From positions 1 through 38,244 of IMG/VR virus record IMGVR_UViG_3300017754_000607: a stretch of DNA of 38,244 nucleotides; one strand, written 5' to 3'. The translations under genes were made by a program, and so were the position numbers. This DNA comes from a virus. Lineage: Duplodnaviria; Caudoviricetes. Below, piece after piece: positions 14,597 through 24,025 of this stretch. The notes below the pieces were generated by a model that saw nothing but the letters and a program-made list of their open reading frames with translations, searched no databases and was not told where the DNA came from. Within the stretch, counting starts at the first letter, position 1. The number at the start of each line of letters is the position of its first letter.

Positions 14597-17500
14597 TCAG
14601 ATGTGCTGGTTGGCGATCTCAAGGGCGCGGGTGACCGTGTCGTCACTCTCGTTCAGGAGATCCTCAGTGCTTTGCGTGACGTGCTTCTTGGCGGCCTTGG
14701 AGAGCGACATCAAGTTGACGGCGCCGCCGGTGGCGCGGCCAGTGCGGTTGCCGGGGCCGCGAATGGTCAGTTCTCGCGGGCGCTCCGCATTCAGTTCGCC
14801 AATGAGCGCACCCTTCGCGATCTGGTTGGTCAGATTGATGCTGGGGCGGACATTAGCCGAGCGAGGGGCTTCCTTCAGAAGCTCTAGCATAAACTCCGGC
14901 TCAAGCATTGCGCGCGTCAACAGCTTGTCGATGTTCTCAATGCCAGCCATTCGCATGTGGTGGAGGATCGAAGCACCAATGATGCCACCGGCGCCAATGA
15001 TGGCGCCCGGAGTGCCACCAGCAACGCTTCCAAGGCCACCCGCCCCAAGCGTTGCGCCCGCTTGAAGAAGAGTGGAGAGGATTGACTTGCCCTGCCGTGC
15101 TTCCTCGCCGCCAAGCTGGCCGGTCGCCGAGCGACCCGGTATCAAGGCGCCAGATACATTTCTGGCATCGCGGTGAAGGTCAGCCGCCAGAAGCTCCAAG
15201 GCGGCAACCTGTTTGTCGTCCAAGGCTTGCCTGAGAGCGGCGCGATTATCCCGCACAAATTTCTGGAACCCACCGGGGTTCGCCTTATCAACGCCGGAGA
15301 ACCCTTCCTCCGTTGTCGAAATAAAGCGTTGTTTGATGTAGTCAACTATTGACCTGCGAAGGCCGCTGACGGCATCGGGGTCCGCCTTGACCTGATTGAA
15401 GAGGCTGCGCATTTGCCGTGCGGCGTCAGTCTTCCCGAAGACAGTTCCAACCGTCTTGACGACATCTGCCTCATCGGCGAGACCGAGGAGCTGCTTCGTC
15501 AAGCCTGTCTGGAAATTGTTGACGGCGGTGCTGGTGTCAGCCGCAGACCTTGCAGCCGTCTCCGTGGCCGCCGAGGCGTTGGCGAACTGCCGCTCAAGGT
15601 CAGGAAATTCGCGCAGCGCGTCCTGATACTTCTTGCGCCACCCGGCAAATTTCCGAGGGTCTATCGTCCCCTGCGCCGTCATCGCCTCGCGCTTCAATGA
15701 CGAGACAATGTGATCGCGCATCACACCCACGGCGGCGGCATCACTGCCGACAGCGTTCATGTAGCTCTGCATGCCCTCATGCCCAGCCGGGCCGGGACGG
15801 AAGAACTTGTCACCAACCTGAGAGTCCAAAACCTTGTAACGCCCCGGCCCTCCGGCAGACGCCAAAGCTTCGCCTGTGGCGCCTTCCTTGAAAGTCTGAG
15901 CGTATGCGGCATGGCCGAGCTTGGCGGCAGTGATGGCGTCAACATCTTCCTGCGTGATCTTTGTCGGTTGCGCAGGGGGCTTGGCTTTGCCACCTTCTTT
16001 CTGCGCGTAGAAGTCCTTCACCCATTGGTCAATACGGTCGGCAATGGTGCCGCCGGGAGGAGGGTTGCCCGCAGCAACAGCGCGGGCATCCTGAGCGGCT
16101 TGGTTCTCAACGGCGTCATTGATCGACGACGCCACTGCCCTCTTCACCTGAGAAAGAAGATGATATTCGGGGGTTTCTGTGCCGGTTCTGGCAAGCTCTT
16201 CAGACATGGCGGCATTGACGCGCTTGTCGAAAGCGACCAGTGACCTAAAGGGTGTGTTATCGCCGAGGTTGGCGGCGTCGTCATAGATGCCCTTGATCTT
16301 GCCTGTCATGGGCTCTGACAGGGGATCGTAATCAGCGATTACTCTGCGAGCTGCATCGCGGATCTGAGAGGAGACAACCTGAATGCGGCCCTGCGGATCG
16401 ACGGCCTCATAGAGGCGTGTCCGCCAGTCACGCATCTCTTTCTTGGCGGCATCCAGAAAGTTGCGCATGGCCGAGCCGGTAGCTTCTGGAGGCTGTTGAA
16501 CGCCCAGATTGTCAGCCGCCTGTTGAGCGCCGCGCAGATCCTGTTGCGTGATCTGGCGCTCTTGGTTCTCAAGGTTCTGGAGTTCGCGATCAAGCTTCTG
16601 CGAGACGGCTATAGGCGAGCCGGGAGGCGCGGCTTGGTCGAGAGCCTCGGCACGAGCCGCAGCGCGTTCCCCACGTCGATCCATGAAGGGAGCCGCGTCA
16701 TTTTTTTGACGCTCAAGCATAAGCGACCCAAGCTTCTGATCTGCTAAAACCTCGGGCGTTGTAAGCTTCGACTTCGGCAAGATCTCTAACGGCTCGTTCT
16801 CAAGAATATCTTTCGACCGCTCCACGCTTGTGACGCTATCGGCGGCACGTTTCACCGTAGCGCGGCGCTGGCCAGCCACAGTGACGGGATCGAAGAAGTT
16901 CTGAACGGCGCTTCTCACGGGCGGGACAATGGCTTCAACGCCCTTGAGCAGGCCAGAGGTAGACAGACCACCCGTCATGCCGCCAGCCATACCAGCGATG
17001 GGCTTGTACTTGTCAGGGACGGCCTCCATAGCCGCCTCTGCCCCTGCACCGCCACCGGCGCCGATGATCGCATTTTCAACGACAGGTGCGACTGCGCGAC
17101 CCGCTTCCGCGACCGTGCCAATCAAGCCTTTGTCCGGTCCTGTGGTAGGCGCACGGGCGCCCATTATCTTGTTCAGCACGTCAGCGGTCTTCGGGGCGAC
17201 AACGTCCAAGCCCATGCGCGTGAGGCCGCCCACAGCACCCTGCATGCCAACGGCCTCGCCAGCGCCGCGACCGGCTGCACGAATATACTTCTCTGCCGTC
17301 CCGGAGATGGGGATGTTCTCAGGATTGGCGCCGACGATACCCATGCCCTTCTTGATTGAGGCAGACCCGCCAAAGGGGGTTTCGCCAATTGGTGCGCCAG
17401 CCATACGCAGTGCGCCCGCGACAAGGTCCACAGGCAGGCCGAGGGTGTTCGCCAAGCCCTCGTTGAAGCCTGCGGGCGCTTGTGTCGCCTTGGACCATCC

Positions 17501-17689
17501 GGTGGACTGGGTGGGCTGGATGCCCTTGCCGCCGATGATCTGCTCAATGCTCTTAGGCGCGGCAGAGGGCTCCCCCGAAGGAGGCGCGGCCTCGGCTGCG
17601 GGCGCAGGGCGGCTCCCCGGCCCGACACCTGTCGAACCGAGGATCTCTTCGATGGTCTTGGGCCTTGGGGTTTCTGCGGTCTCGGCCAT
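14597..17689 (-). CDS. Large internal virion (DNA ejection) protein
   Basis: 1030 aa, helical and Ala-rich with Gly-rich hydrophobic patches; follows the 1610-aa protein. Confidence 0.65.
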   Translation of the reverse strand: MAETAETPRPKTIEEILGSTGVGPGSRPAPAAEAAPPSGEPSAAPKSIEQIIGGKGIQPTQSTGWSKATQAPAGFNEGLANTLGLPVDLVAGALRMAGAPIGETPFGGSASIKKGMGIVGANPENIPISGTAEKYIRAAGRGAGEAVGMQGAVGGLTRMGLDVVAPKTADVLNKIMGARAPTTGPDKGLIGTVAEAGRAVAPVVENAIIGAGGGAGAEAAMEAVPDKYKPIAGMAGGMTGGLSTSGLLKGVEAIVPPVRSAVQNFFDPVTVAGQRRATVKRAADSVTSVERSKDILENEPLEILPKSKLTTPEVLADQKLGSLMLERQKNDAAPFMDRRGERAAARAEALDQAAPPGSPIAVSQKLDRELQNLENQERQITQQDLRGAQQAADNLGVQQPPEATGSAMRNFLDAAKKEMRDWRTRLYEAVDPQGRIQVVSSQIRDAARRVIADYDPLSEPMTGKIKGIYDDAANLGDNTPFRSLVAFDKRVNAAMSEELARTGTETPEYHLLSQVKRAVASSINDAVENQAAQDARAVAAGNPPPGGTIADRIDQWVKDFYAQKEGGKAKPPAQPTKITQEDVDAITAAKLGHAAYAQTFKEGATGEALASAGGPGRYKVLDSQVGDKFFRPGPAGHEGMQSYMNAVGSDAAAVGVMRDHIVSSLKREAMTAQGTIDPRKFAGWRKKYQDALREFPDLERQFANASAATETAARSAADTSTAVNNFQTGLTKQLLGLADEADVVKTVGTVFGKTDAARQMRSLFNQVKADPDAVSGLRRSIVDYIKQRFISTTEEGFSGVDKANPGGFQKFVRDNRAALRQALDDKQVAALELLAADLHRDARNVSGALIPGRSATGQLGGEEARQGKSILSTLLQAGATLGAGGLGSVAGGTPGAIIGAGGIIGASILHHMRMAGIENIDKLLTRAMLEPEFMLELLKEAPRSANVRPSINLTNQIAKGALIGELNAERPRELTIRGPGNRTGRATGGAVNLMSLSKAAKKHVTQSTEDLLNESDDTVTRALEIANQHI

Positions 17690-17690
17690 A

Positions 17691-20600
17691 TCAGTACCCC
17701 ATGTAAACTGAGAACATGTCAGCTCGCGGAATGATGTTCACATCCTTGCCGGGGCCATTGTAGCGCCAGATGTCGCCGGGTTGAATGCCCAAGGCGCCCA
17801 TCGCCGCCTTGGTATTGCCGTCGAGTTCCTTTGGCGTCACATAGGTGGCGCCCACTGCAAGCTTGTCAGCGGGCGGGATTGGCATCCCGGCAAAGTTGCC
17901 CATCTGAAGCTTCGCGCTTTCAAGGTAGGCAGGCATCGGATTAGCCTTTGACCATTCCCGATAATAGGCCGACATGCTGCGCCACCCGTCCGCCTGTGCG
18001 TCTGCCCAAGAGTCCAAGAACGCATGCGAACGGTTCATAATCGCAAGACCCTGAGCAACCATCTGGAAGTTGGCTTCGGGCAGCTTTCCGGCTTCAGGAA
18101 CAGCCTTGTCGAGCAGGGCCGTAAACTCAGACTGCGCAAAGCGAGGCGTTGCCGCCTTGAGCTGTTCAAGGACAAGGCCGGGGGCTTCCTTTTGGAGGAT
18201 CGCAACGGCGGCAGGGTCACCATCAAACAGCTTCTGCGCCAATTCAGGCTGGCCCCAAGACTTGGCAATAGCGGCGTACTCGGCAAGAGGCGCCGCGCCC
18301 GGCCCGCTCTGGAAGAGCTTGAAGGCATTGGTGATGGTATTGTAACGCTGACTGCCGACAGTCAGGGTTTCTGACTTGTTGAGCATGTCAGAGTAGAACT
18401 CTGCGTCCTTTTTGATCAACTCAGCCGATGTCGGGTCAAGGTCTCCCACGATGATAGCGTTGGCGGGCAAATTAGCGGCAACCGGCATTCCGCCGCCTTT
18501 AGGCGGCTTCGGGCGACCGGGGATAACGGCGCGCGTCAAAGGTTCAATCTCAGCCTTTTTCGGGGCTGGGGCGCCGTTCATTGGCGGTTGAACGGGGGGC
18601 GCAGCCACGGGCTGGTTAGTCGTCGGATCAAGAGGGAGCCTGTACTTTACGCCTGTCGTAGGATCGGTGCGAACAGCGGTGGCTTCTTCAATCCGAGCCT
18701 CTTCCGTCTTTTCAGCGCGGGTCTGGGCGCCTGCCGCAGCGGCCTGAGCGGCAGTTATTTCAGGAGCCAGAACAGCCATCGCCTCGCCAGCCTTCATCCG
18801 CGCGGCGCCAGCAACAGCTTCAGGGGATACCCCAAGCTGCCTGCTGATGTCCGTGTAAATGGGGGCAGTAAGGCGTGTCACCGCAGCTTCGGCGCGAGAT
18901 CTTGCTTCCCTTGCCTGCGTGTTAGCGAGTTCAAATTGCTTGGCCAAGTTCGCCCGTATCTCAGGCGTCACCGGCTTCCTCATCGCTGCCTGCGCGCGGT
19001 CGGCGATGCGCGATTGAAGTTCGGCCTCGGCAAGCTGATCTTTGACATCGGGCTGAGAGCGAGCCCAAGCATCTGCCTTGAGAATTTCAGCCTGAGCCTC
19101 TTGAGAGATGCGGATGCCGGGCTGCTCTCCCTCCTTGGGCTTCGCCACCGCAGGAGCGGGAGGAACCGAAGGCACGGAGGTCGTTGAGGGCGCCCCAGCG
19201 GCTGCAACCGTATCAGTGGCGGCTGTTGAGGTAGGCTTCGCGGCGCCAGCTCCAGACGAAGTACCCGCTACGCGAGGAGCGACGGGCTCGACGCCCTTGT
19301 CCACAACATCGCTGGCCAGAGCAACCGTTGCGTCACGCTGGGGCGCTTCCTTCGCAGGCGCAGAAGGAGCAGAACCAAGGTTTGAGAAGCCGGGCATCTT
19401 TTTCAAGAAGTTGAATGCCTCCTGCGGCGAGGCAGGCTGGCCCGTCTGAAGGTTCATGTAGCTGACGTTGCCGTCGCCATCTTCGCGCTTCTCAAAGATC
19501 TTGCTGAAGACATCCAGCGAGTTCTTGGCGATCTCGCTTTGCTGCTTCTGAAGCCCGGCGTAGGCGCTCGTTCCGCCCACCAGACCAGAGCCAATGGCGC
19601 CAGCCAACGTCTTGTTGGGCGAGGCCAGCATGGCGCCAATGCCGGAGAGGGCAGGAACCCAGAAGTTTTCAGACGACAACGTGTCCTTGACACCCTCGGA
19701 CGTGATCTCGGGGAAGAAGGGCTTGGAGGCCTTGGGCGGCTCAAGGCCGGGGCGGGGCCTTTCGGGTGCAGGCTTGGCGGCCACGATTGCGTCTTCAGGG
19801 GTGGGGACGCGGGCCGCAGGACGTGCAATCGGGGGTGCGAGGCCTGCGCGAGGCACCTTCGTCTCGCCGCCATCGCCACCCTGCATGGCCGTCTCATTGC
19901 CGCCTTCGGCGACATCAAGGGCTGGCTCTGCCGTCGAATACTCGTCAGGGACGACGAACCCTTGACCCTGATAATGCCCGCGCTTGGCGGCTTTGTCGGT
20001 CGCCTTCTCATAGTCCACCGTCTTCATGCCGCCAGCGAGGCCAACCGCATCCGGGTGAATTTTCTCAACCTTCTGGGCGAGGAGGCCCATTTGCGTCTTG
20101 TCATCGCCATTGTAGGCGTAGCGATAGACGGGCTGGCCGTCGAAGAGAGTGCCGACCTTCTTGATGTCGTGCTTCATCCGCTCGTCGGAGAAGAGCAGGG
20201 CGAGCGGGCCGAGGGCCTCAAGGCCAGCCATGATGGGCGCAGCCATTGCGGTGACGCCCTCGACGACAGGTGCCGCCATCGTGCTAAGACCGCCAAGCAG
20301 ACCTTCAGCAACTGGGGCCGCAGCGAGTGCGCCTTCAGCGACGGGGGCAGCAAGGCTGGCAGCGGTTCCAGCGCCCTCGACGGCGCCAGCAAGTCCGGGA
20401 GCGGCAGCGGTCGTTAGATCAATGACACCGCCCATTGGCGCGGTCGCAGCGCCAAGGGCGCCAGTCGAAGCTTCAGCGGCCCCTGCGGCGCCCGGAAGGG
20501 CTTCCGCGACAGTGCTGCTCATGGCGGTGGGGGAAGCCTCACCGGCAAGCTGCTTGGACGCCCAGTCAAAGGCGTTCTTGCCGCTCTTGCCGAGGCTCGC

Positions 20601-22523
20601 CATCTGCGTCAGCTCACTGGCAAGCCCGCTCTTGGCAGGCGGGGGCTTCGGTGCGCCCTTCACGTCAAGCGACGGGCGGGGCGTCTGTTGCTGCGTCTGG
20701 AGGGTATCGTCCAGATAGCCCTCGGATATGCCGCTGTAGGGATTGGAGCTGGAGTTGACGTAGCCACGGGTGTTGAAGCCGTCACGGTTGCCGATCAGGC
20801 CGCCGTGGGCCGCCCTCTCAAGCTTTGATGCGCGCTCAATATCCAGAAGCTCTCTCGCCTTAAGCGCCCGCTCTGTCTGTTCGCGAGCGGCGGCATCTTC
20901 TGCGCTGCGCAGGAAATTAGGGCGGCCCTTGTAACCTTCATAGCCCAACTTCGCGAGGTCAGCGAACTGCTTCGCCTCGGCGACGGCATTGCGCTCTGCC
21001 GGGCGCTGGCCGGGCTGCGCCTGCATCATCTGTCGAGCCTGCATGGGCTCCAACTGGACGCCGTAGGGGCCGCCACCGAAGGCGTAGCCGCCACGGGAGA
21101 AGGAGCCGCCCTCGGGGCCGACGAGGCCGCCCTGCGATGAGTTCTGTGCAAGGAACTTGTCCAGCTCAGAGAGACGGGACTGCAAGTATTCCGGGCCAGC
21201 GCCCAGATCCGCGCCCCTGCCGCTGGAGATCGAACTGCGCAAGCTGTCTGCTTCTGCGCGCCTGCCCTCCATCGTGCCGAGGGAGAGCCCCGTAGCCTTC
21301 GGAGCGCGAAGGGCTGCAATCTCAGCCCCGCTGGCGCCAGCCGACACCGGGATGTCTGCGCCAACCCTCATGGCGGGCAGAGATATTGGCGCTAGACCAG
21401 CGCGCGGCTCCGCAAGCATTGAGCTGGGCGAGTCCGTCATCGAGTAGGCGTCAGTCGCGCCGCCGCCAGCCTTGTGAACGGCGTCCTTCGTGGCCTTCTT
21501 GTAGTCCACGGTCTTGTAGCCGCCAGCAAGCCCCACCGCCTCGGGGTGATGCTTCTCAACGTCCTGCGCCATGAGGCCGATCTGGGTGCGCGGATCGCCC
21601 TTGTAGTTGTAGCGATAGATGGGCTGGCCATCGTTGGTCTCGCCGACCTTCTGGACGTTCTCCTTGAGGCGCTTGTCCGAAAAGAAGCCGCCGCCGCCGG
21701 TCGTCGTGGACGTGCTTTGGTTGCCCGACAGGGCGCCCGTGCCGGTGGCGATGTTCGCAAGGAACTGGGCCACTTGGAAGGGGTAGCCCTGCTCCTGCAT
21801 GAACTGATTGTACATGGCCTGCTTGCCAGCCTGCTCAGTCTGTTGCTGCGTCTGCCCAGCCGCCAACTGCGCCTGCGCACCGGCAAGACCAGCCTGTTGC
21901 GCGTTCGTGCCGAGGTTCGCGAGGTTCTGCGAGACCGCCTGCAAATTGGTGCGATTGGCCTGTTGAGCGCCAAGGTTGACGCCTTGCTGTTGCTGCGCCG
22001 CGCCCAGAGCCTGATTGTAGTTTTGCTGATACAGGGGCGCGATTGCCTGCGACTGCGCGAGGCTTTGTTGCCCCTGCAAGATGCCGCGCTGCAATCCAGC
22101 ACGGTCGCCACCGAAGGCGCCGCCCTTGATGGCGTCAGTCTGTTGCTGGGCAAGCTGCTGACCCTGTTGCTGGTTCATCGCAGCTTGTGTCGCGTTCACC
22201 ACATTCTGGGTGAACGGGTTCATGTACTGGTTAACATTCAGGTCGTTGGGATTGACGTTATAGGCGCTCGCCTGCGCCAGCCCCGTGGCCTGTTGATAGT
22301 AAGGCTGCGCGGCGCCAGCCATAGCGTTGGTGTTTTGAATTCCAGCCTGTTGCGTCTGCGAAAGGGGCGCTACGAAGGCATTGGGATCATTGCTGTATTT
22401 CTGGTAAGGCTGCTCGGCGACCTTCTCGGCGCGAGCGTTGACGGAGTTGTACCGCGCCAGAACCTCCGGCGGGATTTCCGTCTTGTTGACCGTTGTCGAA
22501 CCGCCTTTGCCGCCGCCGCCCAT
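17691..22523 (-). CDS. Virion ejection polyprotein with two peptidase S74 (intramolecular chaperone) autocleavage domains
   Basis: SDKRLK...IYRYNYKGD...GLMAQDVE...VDY at aa 282 and SDERMK...GLLAQKVE...VDY at aa 779; Gln-rich N-terminus. Confidence 0.8.
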   Translation of the reverse strand: MGGGGKGGSTTVNKTEIPPEVLARYNSVNARAEKVAEQPYQKYSNDPNAFVAPLSQTQQAGIQNTNAMAGAAQPYYQQATGLAQASAYNVNPNDLNVNQYMNPFTQNVVNATQAAMNQQQGQQLAQQQTDAIKGGAFGGDRAGLQRGILQGQQSLAQSQAIAPLYQQNYNQALGAAQQQQGVNLGAQQANRTNLQAVSQNLANLGTNAQQAGLAGAQAQLAAGQTQQQTEQAGKQAMYNQFMQEQGYPFQVAQFLANIATGTGALSGNQSTSTTTGGGGFFSDKRLKENVQKVGETNDGQPIYRYNYKGDPRTQIGLMAQDVEKHHPEAVGLAGGYKTVDYKKATKDAVHKAGGGATDAYSMTDSPSSMLAEPRAGLAPISLPAMRVGADIPVSAGASGAEIAALRAPKATGLSLGTMEGRRAEADSLRSSISSGRGADLGAGPEYLQSRLSELDKFLAQNSSQGGLVGPEGGSFSRGGYAFGGGPYGVQLEPMQARQMMQAQPGQRPAERNAVAEAKQFADLAKLGYEGYKGRPNFLRSAEDAAAREQTERALKARELLDIERASKLERAAHGGLIGNRDGFNTRGYVNSSSNPYSGISEGYLDDTLQTQQQTPRPSLDVKGAPKPPPAKSGLASELTQMASLGKSGKNAFDWASKQLAGEASPTAMSSTVAEALPGAAGAAEASTGALGAATAPMGGVIDLTTAAAPGLAGAVEGAGTAASLAAPVAEGALAAAPVAEGLLGGLSTMAAPVVEGVTAMAAPIMAGLEALGPLALLFSDERMKHDIKKVGTLFDGQPVYRYAYNGDDKTQMGLLAQKVEKIHPDAVGLAGGMKTVDYEKATDKAAKRGHYQGQGFVVPDEYSTAEPALDVAEGGNETAMQGGDGGETKVPRAGLAPPIARPAARVPTPEDAIVAAKPAPERPRPGLEPPKASKPFFPEITSEGVKDTLSSENFWVPALSGIGAMLASPNKTLAGAIGSGLVGGTSAYAGLQKQQSEIAKNSLDVFSKIFEKREDGDGNVSYMNLQTGQPASPQEAFNFLKKMPGFSNLGSAPSAPAKEAPQRDATVALASDVVDKGVEPVAPRVAGTSSGAGAAKPTSTAATDTVAAAGAPSTTSVPSVPPAPAVAKPKEGEQPGIRISQEAQAEILKADAWARSQPDVKDQLAEAELQSRIADRAQAAMRKPVTPEIRANLAKQFELANTQAREARSRAEAAVTRLTAPIYTDISRQLGVSPEAVAGAARMKAGEAMAVLAPEITAAQAAAAGAQTRAEKTEEARIEEATAVRTDPTTGVKYRLPLDPTTNQPVAAPPVQPPMNGAPAPKKAEIEPLTRAVIPGRPKPPKGGGMPVAANLPANAIIVGDLDPTSAELIKKDAEFYSDMLNKSETLTVGSQRYNTITNAFKLFQSGPGAAPLAEYAAIAKSWGQPELAQKLFDGDPAAVAILQKEAPGLVLEQLKAATPRFAQSEFTALLDKAVPEAGKLPEANFQMVAQGLAIMNRSHAFLDSWADAQADGWRSMSAYYREWSKANPMPAYLESAKLQMGNFAGMPIPPADKLAVGATYVTPKELDGNTKAAMGALGIQPGDIWRYNGPGKDVNIIPRADMFSVYMGY

Positions 22524-22538
22524 AGTCTACCTCAGTCG

Positions 22539-23030
22539 TTACTCGGCAGCTTGCTTCCAAGCGCCGGTGCGGGTTCCGTAAAGGAAATATGCCCCAGAGG
22601 GCGGCCCAAAGATGCGCTCATACATGCGGATCTTCCCCGATGTCCGCTGATTGGACAACACTCCGATGGTGAGGGGTATCCCAAGCTCATCTGAAACCTT
22701 CTTGCTGAAGTCGCACAGCTTTCGCGCGCGACCACCCTTGGCGGCCCTGAAGTCAGGGTGGATGAACACCGCCCGTTCTTCCAAGATCTCGTCGTTACTA
22801 TACCATGTGTTGCAGATCCTCAAAAGGATGGCCCCTTGAGGCTTCTGGCCGGGGACGCCGACGATGCCGACGATACCCTTCTCGCGGTTCAGGGCGGGCC
22901 AGATCTCCTCCAGAATGCGGACGGGATTAGGCTCCACGAACCCATTCTCGCCGCAGGCGGAGAAGGCCAGCGCCATCATGTCGTCGATATCTTCAGGCTT
23001 TCCGACCCATACTTTCAGTTCGTCAGACAT
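22539..23030 (-). CDS. GNAT-fold acyltransferase-like protein
   Basis: VFIHPDFRAAKGGRARKL acyl-CoA-binding-like motif, then RMYER; start at ATG 23030. Confidence 0.65.
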   Translation of the reverse strand: MSDELKVWVGKPEDIDDMMALAFSACGENGFVEPNPVRILEEIWPALNREKGIVGIVGVPGQKPQGAILLRICNTWYSNDEILEERAVFIHPDFRAAKGGRARKLCDFSKKVSDELGIPLTIGVLSNQRTSGKIRMYERIFGPPSGAYFLYGTRTGAWKQAAE

Positions 23031-23041
23031 TGAGATCCCCC

Positions 23042-23593
23042 TCAATCTTTCTTCGGACCCGGCAATTTCTTCAGCGTGTTGATCAGATCCTTGCGCGTGT
23101 CCGTGATCCACTTGTCGAGGGCGCGATGCCCCGCGTCAAGATCTCCTCCCCCCGCCCAGATGACTTCATCGGGCGAGAGAACATATTCTCCACCGGCGGC
23201 AACGATAGGAACGGGTTCCCCGACACCGCCGCCAGCCGCGTAGGCGCCATAAGGGGCACCCTTGAACATCATCTTGACGGCTCGATAGCCCGCCATCGTG
23301 TTGCCCTCGCCGAGGGAGGAGACGATGTCGGCAGGGATCACATAGGAGCCCGAGGGGACGTGCATGGGGAGGTGGTCGGTGCGACCGGCCACCGGGCTGT
23401 GAATGGCGCCAAGGTGGACGCCACTGGGGCCTCTGGGAGGCTTAGGCATCTTGAGCGGGCCACCAGTCGCACGGGCGTGACGGGCCGTATTAAGCGCGAT
23501 GGCGACGGCCTGCTTCTGCGGGCGGCCAGATCCGATCAACTCGCCGATGTTGGAGCTGACCGTCTTCTGCGAGGAACCTTTCTTGAGCGGCAT
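23042..23593 (-). CDS. Virion-associated protein with a duplicated AxGG...G[SE]YV domain
   Basis: Basic N-term, then ATGG...GRTDHLP..VPSGSYVIPADIV and AAGG...VPIVAAGGEYVLSPDEV. Confidence 0.7.
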   Translation of the reverse strand: MPLKKGSSQKTVSSNIGELIGSGRPQKQAVAIALNTARHARATGGPLKMPKPPRGPSGVHLGAIHSPVAGRTDHLPMHVPSGSYVIPADIVSSLGEGNTMAGYRAVKMMFKGAPYGAYAAGGGVGEPVPIVAAGGEYVLSPDEVIWAGGGDLDAGHRALDKWITDTRKDLINTLKKLPGPKKD

Positions 23594-23602
23594 GGTGTCC
23601 TC

Positions 23603-24025
23603 TTAATTTGGCGTGTAGCCGACGCAGAAGTTCATTCCTGCGTCAGTCTTTAGGACTAGGCCATTGGTGTATGGCAGCTTCACATCTTGATACGGAGTGA
23701 AGGAGGCGGCGTTAGATGGCAGGGAGGCATAGATTAGATTGGTCGCCGATATGCCGCCAGTCGTCGCGGAGTCGTAGATGTAAACCTGAGCAGACCCGGC
23801 ATGCACCGGAATTGACACGCTGAACAGCTTGCCCGATCCGGCAACCAAAAGCGTCGTCGTGGAGGCTGCAATCGTCGCGCTGACAGTTGATGGGTATGTA
23901 TTGCCAGAGTTTCCGGCGATGATCACCAAATTGTCAGAAATGGTGCTGAGAATGCCGCGCAGCCCATTGATGGCGACGACGCCATTTTTCTGGGTAGTGA
24001 GAATATCGTCGAGCGATGCGGGCAT
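23603..24025 (-). CDS. Hypothetical virion protein
   Basis: 140 aa, beta-rich, within the structural operon. Confidence 0.7.
   Translation of the reverse strand: MPASLDDILTTQKNGVVAINGLRGILSTISDNLVIIAGNSGNTYPSTVSATIAASTTTLLVAGSGKLFSVSIPVHAGSAQVYIYDSATTGGISATNLIYASLPSNAASFTPYQDVKLPYTNGLVLKTDAGMNFCVGYTPN

Noticed and set aside
19998-21680. Inteins in the 1610-aa protein
   Set aside because: No C/S...HN Hint motifs; the duplicated domains fit peptidase S74.
21474-22694. 406-aa plus-strand ORF
   Set aside because: Mirror of the Gln-rich coding strand; its Leu-richness comes from reversed CAG codons.
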